A stretch of 63,708 nt of DNA, the filler included, from Licmophora abbreviata (taxonomy: Eukaryota): the NCBI GenBank assembly GCA_900291995.1. It is 13 parts of 13 records of this genome, joined end to end, with 100 filler letters (N's around TTAATTAATTAA, not from the genome) between each part and the next. Parts side by side here need not be neighbours in the genome. Positions count along the whole stretch, not along the records: positions 56,778 to 60,223 come from OLMU01001511.1; positions 60,324 to 61,964 come from OLMU01001513.1; positions 62,065 to 63,708 come from OLMU01001515.1; 10 more parts are not named here. One strand, written 5' to 3'. The notes beneath the pieces are model-generated. The model ran no database searches. It was given only the letters and a program-made list of their open reading frames with translations, and had not been told where the DNA came from. The position numbers were made by a program, and so were the translations under genes. Of this stretch, positions 56,948-63,708 are shown in pieces; the stretch's first letter is position 1; each line of letters starts with the position of its first letter.

Positions 56948-58509
56948 CTAGTCATCCAGCTTTCTCATAAATACATGATATCGCTTCATGCTGAAGAGGT
57001 GATCGTCTTCCATTTCCAGTGACAACGGATCGATTGGCCAGTTGTACTTGTGGATGGCAAAGTTCCACCACGTCTTTTCGACCCCGCCTGAAAAAGAGAA
57101 GAGTGTGTGAAGGCACGGTGTGAGCAAACCCGACGATGATCTAAGAGTATCCCAACAACATTCTCGGAAACTCGACTTCACAAGCTCCACTGCCAAGTAT
57201 CAGCACTTACCCCAATCGATGAGTTCAGAACACTTTGGCTGCGATACTTGTTCAATAATGATGGGCTTGCCGGGTTTCGCAATTCGAATCATTTCACCCA
57301 CCCACTTGGCGTAAAACTCCTTTTGGCGAATCTGTGCAATCTCAAGCAACTGTTGATCTCTCCAGTCGGTGCTGTTGCACAGTTCGTGGTAGTGACCGTG
57401 GTTGATATCCCACGGCGACTTGCTGGGTTGATGAAAGTTGAGCGGGTTTCCGAGGGGACTGTGTAGGAACGAGGGAAGCGAGAACGAAATTTAAGTGGTC
57501 AGTGCACTTAATCGACAATGCAATACCGCACTTCAATCAGCAGCGAAATAGATCACAAATATCGTACTGATACCAACACTCACAGAATGTACCCCGTCCA
57601 GACCAAATCAAAGAAAGCGGATGGAACAAAGTCCAAATTTGTCGAGTCTCCCATGCAAATGTTGCCTTTGGAGACGCCATCTGCCGGCAGGAAATGATCC
57701 AAGAGCTGATTGGCACGTTCCGTACTTGACTCCAAGTACTCATTGCCATAGACCGTCAGTTGCTGAGGTCCATTCATCTCTTGCAGGATCTCTAGAGTCA
57801 TGAGCGTGTTGAGACCCATCCCACAAGCACTTTCATAGATCTTATCGCCATCATGAACGTTCTTCGCCATGTATTTTGCCTTCCAGCTAGTCATTCCTTT
57901 CTTCATGTGCTTATAGGTCAGTTGCCAGTCATCGTAAGGCAACTCACGAAAGTTCTTTACGAATGAGTCGAAATCGAGCGTGTGTGCCTTCTCGGTCAAG
58001 TACGCCTTGTTGAAGCGCTCTTTGTCGTAGTTTGGAGCATCGTGAGCAAGTGGTTCTGCTGGGCAGTGGTAGATGCCTTCGAGGAGCTCAATCTCACTCT
58101 CAATTGTGTTCTCGAGCACTTTTATCTCGTTTTCGATTCGGCCTTCGATGGTCTCAAACTCACTTTCGATTTCGTTTTCAAACTCCACAACAGTTTCATT
58201 CGACCTTCCAAAGACTGCTAGCAAGAAGCCGATGCTTATCAACGTTGCTACCCCCATACTCACGATCCGTATTGAGCTGTTGTAAGAAAAAGCATTCTTT
58301 GTTCTGTGGTCACGAGAAGGAAGAGAACGCCGTCCGCCACCTCGTTCTAGTGCCACCAAGTCTTTTGACGAACCCTTCTCTTTGATCGTCATGGTGGCAC
58401 TTCCTCCACCACCTCTTCTCTGGGACACCATCATGGTTCTGTATCGTCTTCGACTAGAAGTGCGGCGGTAATGTGAGTGACCGGTTGCATCGGTGCACAT
58501 CGTCATCAT
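56948..58509 (-). CDS. Type II membrane class I SAM-dependent methyltransferase-like protein, about 3 exons
   Basis: TM helix, then IYESACGMGLN (motif I-like), VYGNEY, GDSTNLDFVPS..FDLVWTGYI. Downstream exons include EMIRIAKPGKPIIIEQV and RYHVFMRK. Confidence 0.75.
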
Positions 58510-58780
58510 GGGTTCGCGGGCATCGGCAATCGAATTCCTCCAGTCACGAATGGCTTATGATCTGTTGTCCAATCACGAGCGTCGTCACGTCTGATGCGCG
58601 CGCCAGTTCGGTTCAAACAAGCTTTGGCGCGCCTTTTTCGGTGTGGTGTGGTCATTTCTTCGGAGCGTCATTTCCGAACGAAACCAGCTAAAGCAACAGG
58701 AAGTGTGTATACGTGTAGCTGCAGAACTGTGCTAGTATAATCGATCATGGCTACCATGAATGCCTGTATTTTTTCATTGA

Positions 58781-60223
58781 CTACACTCGACTGGCAGCTC
58801 GACTCAGATCGAACGTGACTCCGGTACTCACCACTTTCAAGAAGGGATACGTTCGACACATGCGAGAAATGATCTGAAGCTGCTGCTGGACGCTTACTAC
58901 ACCCCGTTCGCCCGCGACCTCTGCCAAATCCTCCGACAAGTCTCGCAAATTCTGAGGGGAGAAGCGCCTTCGGTCATTCCATAGAATGGTACGACACTCG
59001 TGAATGTGCAGCATCAACATGCCAAGGTCGTCCGATGTAAGAACTGATGGACCAAGAGAATCTTCCAAAGGAGCATTCAGAGTTTCTGATGTCGACGAGG
59101 GTTCCCAGTGCAGTGGTGGGGGTGCCGAAGGCGGGTGGTCTCGCATCACCAATAATCGCTCAATGTCGAGAATCACATGCCGAAATGACGCAAACGTCTC
59201 TTCTCGGCTCTTTCCAAGTCTCAGCAATGCATAATACAAGAAGCGGGAGAGAAGTGTCTTGCGGTGTAAATGAGCAACACCGCTGGTGTGACGGCCGCAA
59301 GATTGAGATTGATTTCGTTCGATGTCATCATTTCGTCCATTGCATACAAGGCATTCATCATTTCCTTCTTGATGAACTGCATTTCGATGAAGCTCATGCG
59401 AATCACACTGTTGATTTCGTAAATCGTCTTCATGTCTTCCTCCTTCTTTTGCTCGATCAACGACATGTCCATCGAGTGGGCGCGAGCGATGCGTTCGACC
59501 TCCTCCATATCGGGAAATCTTTCGTCGAGCCAGCTGCGAATCATCTTCTTCAACGTTTCGATCGCGTCGACTCGAGCTTTGTGGTCGCTAATGGTATCTC
59601 GATTCTTCCTTGCGAGCAGCTCGGAGAAACTAGAGATTGGGTTCCAATCCCATGCGAGCACTGGTGTCAGTGGAGCATACAAGTAGACAGAAGCAGCTTC
59701 CTAGGTGCACGGGGTTCCTACTCACATGGCAGACAGTGGTCCGGCAAAGTGCTCATGGTAAAACGACTGAACCCTCTCAACTGCCAGCTTGGCTAGCTCA
59801 ACGCCACCGCCACTTCGAAGGAGCTTGTACAAGACATAGACCACAACCGAAGATCCCATGACAATCTTGTACCAGCCTCGTCGTATCTTTGACAGCGCCT
59901 TCAGCTTGTCAAGACGCCGCCGGCGCTGCACCTCCATGATGACTTCCATGGAATTCAGCAACTCCGATACTTCCGTTGCCATCATGGGAAGATTTGAAAT
60001 CACAATGTTACCTTCGGGTAGCGCCGTTGTCACGTCTTTGGCGTCATTGACGGTCTCATTCGCTCTTTCCGCGCTTTCGTCGAAACCTTCAAAATTCACA
60101 CGCTTGTGTGGGTCAGCATACTGTTGTCCGCGCGTACAGAGAGTCTTTGCCTCTTCATTCGATTTTTCGTCTTCTTCCAATCCTTCCGCATCTTCTGTTA
60201 TTCGGTCGGAATCATTGCCGAGC
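58781..60223 (-). CDS. NCA2: NCA2/DGS1-like (nuclear control of ATP synthase 2) protein, 5' truncated; intron at about 59629-59725; frameshift near 59250
   Basis: FY.EH..GPL.AI..EL, IRMSFIEMQFIKKEM..AL..MDEMM.SNEIN....A..PA, DLGML, DL.EDL.E. Confidence 0.8.
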
Positions 60224-60323
60224 NNNNNNNNNNNNNNNNNNNNNNNNNNNNNNNNNNNNNNNNNNNNTTAATTAATTAANNNNNNNNNNNNNNNNNNNNN
60301 NNNNNNNNNNNNNNNNNNNNNNN

Positions 60324-61964
60324 TGATCCGCACCCCCTGCCACGGTCGTGCCATCTGCCGACAGGGCCACAGAAATACCAAAGCCATCCTCCTCACCCTT
60401 GCCAGGAATGGCTCTTGCCACTGGCGTCCATGCGCCATTCATCATCTGAAACACTCGCACGTGTCCAGAATTCACCCCATTGCCATCGTTCCATCGCGCA
60501 CCCAAGGCAAGGATACTGCCGTCGGACGACAAGGAGATCGACTCACGAAAGTAATCAAAATTACTCGCCCCCACAAGAGTCTGGCCCAACTGGACCCAAC
60601 TCGATTCGTTCCGCTGAAACACGCGCACGTGTTGGGATATATCTCCATTTTCGATCAGTAATGAGCCCACCGCAAGGATATTACCGTCGGATGACAAGGA
60701 GACCGACTCCCCAAACCTATCGCTTACATTCTTTCCGACAAGAGTCTGACCCAGCTGAACCCAACTCGATCCATCATGCTGGAACACTCGCACGTGTCCA
60801 GATCCAACTCCGTTGTCGCCGTTGGACTCCGCACCCACGGCAAGGATAATGCCATCGGACGACAAGGAGATCGAGCGACCAAATTCGTCACCAGCGTTCT
60901 TGCCAACAAGAGTCTGGCCAAACTGCACCCAACTCAATCCATCATGTTGGAACACTCGCACGTGTCCGGAACGAGATCCATTGTCGTTGTTCCAACTTGC
61001 ACCGACAGCAAGGATCCTAACGTCGGACGACAAGGACACCGACTCCCCAAAGTAATCACCTAGATTCTCACCAACAATAGTCTGGCCCAGCTGGATCCAA
61101 CTCGATTCGTTCCACTGGAAGATTTGCACGTTTCCTGAAGCAGATCCATTGTCGTCGTTGAATGCTGCACCCACGGCAAGGATACTGCCATCGAATGACA
61201 AGGAAAACGAGTAACCAAAGTAATCACCAGCATTCTCCCCGACAAGAGTCTGGCCCAACTGGACCCAGCTCGATCTGTTTTGCTGGAACACACGCACGTG
61301 TCCAGAAGAAACTCCATTGTCGTCGTTGTATCTTGCGCCGGCGGCAAGGGTACTGCCGTCAGACGAAATAGCAATGGACCCGCCGAAGCGATCCTCATCG
61401 CCGGTTCCGACAATGTCTTGTCCGAGCTGTGACCATTCCGACACGAATGATGATGGCGCGGGCGTTGGATTGTTCGTTGAGACGGGCGCCAAAGTTAGGC
61501 TGTCACTTAACACCCCTGACTTGTCAGTGGAGTTGCTGCCCGTCAGTGCGACGGTCGCACCCACAATGGCTGCTACCACCAGGAGAACGATTACAGTCAG
61601 CAGGATTATATTTCTCTTCGAACACAATGAACCATGTTTGGGAGGAGTTGGCTCCCCAACGTTGAGAATCTCAGCTTGCGTATCGTCGACAAGTTCCGCA
61701 GAAAGAACGGGAGGCGACGACGGCGGTGGAACGACAGGAATGTCTTGCGAATGATCTTCATGCGTCACTGTTGAGTCGGCCAACGCGCTTTCTTCGTCAG
61801 GACTATAGTCAATTCCATGTACAAAGACAGCACCCGGTTGCGGCCCTGCAGCAGGAGGAGGAGCGCTTGTCGCAGCAGGAGAACTGCCGACGCTAGTGTC
61901 GGCGTGAGGCGGGGCCTCTTCCATCACCGTTCTGGGTGTCGGGTGTGGAATGGGCGGAGCCAGA
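60324..61964 (-). CDS. FG-GAP/integrin-like beta-propeller repeat type II membrane protein (paralog 1), truncated at both ends
   Basis: TM IILLTVIVLLVVAAIVGATVAL followed by about seven ~55-aa repeats WxQLGQTLVG..GDxFGxSxSLSSDG.ILAVGA..NDxNG..SGHVRVF. Confidence 0.9.
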
Positions 61965-62064
61965 NNNNNNNNNNNNNNNNNNNNNNNNNNNNNNNNNNNN
62001 NNNNNNNNTTAATTAATTAANNNNNNNNNNNNNNNNNNNNNNNNNNNNNNNNNNNNNNNNNNNN

Positions 62065-63708
62065 AATTGACACTTGCGTCCAAGCCCCATCCAACACTTG
62101 GAATACTCGCACGTGTCCGGAATCAAAGCCATTGTCGTTGCTCAATCTTGCACCCACGACAAGGATACTGTCGGACGACAAGGACACCGAGGTACCGAAC
62201 TCATCACCAGCAATCTCCCCGACAATAGTCTGGCCCAGCTGAACCCAACTCGATCTATTCCTCCGGAATGCTCGCACATGTCCAGAACCAATTCCATTGT
62301 CGTTGTTGAGCGCTGCACCCACGGCAAGGATACTGCCGTCGGACGACAAGGACACCGACTGACCAAACCCATCACCAGCATTCTCCCCGGCAAGAGTCTG
62401 GCCCAACTGGACCCAACTCGATGCATTCCGCTCAAACACTCGCACGTGTCCGGACTCAATTCCATTGTCGTCGTTGAATATTGCACCAGCAGCGAGGATA
62501 CGACCATCGGACGACAAGGAGACCGACGCACCAAACAGATCAACAGCTCTCCTCCCGACAAGAGTCTGGCCCAACTGAACCCACATCGATCCATTCCACT
62601 GGAACACGCGCACGTGTCCGGAACTAGTTCCATTGTCGTCGTTCCATACTGCAGCTGCGGCAAGGACACTGCCGTCGGACGACAAGGATATCGAGGAACC
62701 AAACTCATCACCAGCACTCTCGCCGACAAGAGTCTGGCCCAACTGCACCCAACTCGATCCGTTCCACTGAAACACTCGCACGTGCCCAGAGTTACTTCCA
62801 CGGTCGTCGTTTTCAGGTGCACCCACGGCAAGGATGCTTCCATCGGAGGACATAGAGACCGAGTAACCAAAGATATCGCCAGGATTCTCCCCGCGAAGAA
62901 GACTCTGCTGGCCCTGATTGATCCAACTCGTTCCATTCCACTGAAACACTCGAACGTGTCCGGAATCAAGGCCAGTGTCATCGTTTTCAGGGGCACCCAC
63001 GGCAAGTATAGTGCCGTTTGACGAAATGGCTGTGGCCCAACCATACCCATCACCATCGCCGGTTCCAAAAATGTCCTGCCCGAGCTGTGACCACACACCC
63101 AAGAGTGGTGCGCTGCTGGGTGCTGCTGATGGCGACATAGTTGGATCGCTCTTGATGTCGTCACCCGACCCCACTTGCTCTGAAGTTAAAGGGTCAGACG
63201 AGCTACGGCCCGTAAGCGCAACAACCGCACCCACAACGCCTCCCGCAAGCAACAACAGCAACCCGATCGCAATCAGCACCCCATTCCGCTTTGAGAAGAC
63301 GGCGGAAGAGCCTCTCTCGGGAGGTTCTACGACCTCGGCAATTTGAGCTTGCGTAGGGTCGACGAGTTGCGCAGACAACATGGGAGGCGACGGAGGTACT
63401 GGTGTGACAATGTCTTGCGAATGTTCTTGATTCGTCACTGTTGTATGGTCGGCCAGTGTGTTTCTTCATCCATAGCATTGACAGGGTCGACGGGATGCGT
63501 CCCCGCCCGTATCGTAGCAGCATTAGGAGTCGCTGATGCTGGATTGCCAGAGTAATTGGGCGTGGATACTTGTTCCGCCGCTGTCTCGGGCAGAGCGTGT
63601 GGAATGGGCGAAGCCAGACTGAGTTTCCCCGATTTCGTGTTGATCTTGTTGTCGTTTACCTGTTCCGCCGCTGTTTCGGACAGAGCGTGTGGAATGGGCG
63701 GAGCCAGG
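62065..63708 (-). CDS. FG-GAP/integrin-like beta-propeller repeat type II membrane protein (paralog 2), truncated at both ends; frameshift near 63462
   Basis: Same repeat as paralog 1, TM VLIAIGLLLLLAGGVVGAVVAL, shared HSQD..P.PP.LSA.LVD juxtamembrane motif. The frame continues to the window end after one A is added. Confidence 0.9.
63571..63708 (-). repeat. 90-bp-period coding repeat (LA(P/S)PIPHAL(P/S)ETAAEQ core) in the N-terminus of FG-GAP paralog 2
   Basis: 63571-63618 and 63661-63708 are near-identical. A partial copy at 61943-61964 encodes LAPPIPH in paralog 1. Confidence 0.85.

Noticed and set aside
8410..62064. Regularly recurring TTAATTAATTAA palindromes in N runs
   Set aside because: Identical 100-bp artificial linkers with six-frame stops. 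Not a biological repeat, CRISPR array or transposon footprint.
60324..63100. ~165-bp direct repeats that superficially resemble a CRISPR or satellite array
   Set aside because: They are in-frame coding repeats of beta-propeller blades, with no unique spacers and no cas genes.
62074..63164. 315-aa plus-strand and 340-aa alternative-frame ORFs
   Set aside because: By-products of the repetitive FG-GAP coding sequence.

Overview
Eukaryotic nuclear DNA, almost certainly from a diatom (probably a raphid pennate). Evidence: bipartite plastid-targeting presequences with the ASAFAP motif (e.g. ZDS 'GAASAFAP'), short GT-AG introns of about 80-150 bp, gene-dense layout and diatom-type secreted glycan-modifying families. 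The window is 13 contigs joined by 12 artificial 100-bp linkers (N44-TTAATTAATTAA-N44). About 34 protein-coding genes can be supported. Housekeeping genes include ZDS, RTCA, SEC23, HBS1, a CTD small phosphatase, a plastid DnaJ and NCA2. The rest include many glycosyl-, sulfo- and methyltransferases, proteases (two M8, one S28), two ARM-repeat paralogs, an alpha-kinase, a DOT1-like methyltransferase and two tandem FG-GAP-type beta-propeller genes. The most striking object is a ~980-aa single-gene fusion at 53162-56302 (-): glutaredoxin (CPFC) + DUF4395 + SLAC1/TDT anion channel + hemerythrin, a candidate redox/O2-regulated anion (sulfite/chalcogen oxyanion/organic acid) transport module. About eight single-base frameshifts, mostly in short homopolymers and some in essential genes, point to an error-prone consensus rather than real pseudogenes. 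No rRNA, tRNA, CRISPR array or recognisable transposon was seen. All family assignments come from motif recognition by eye, not database searches.
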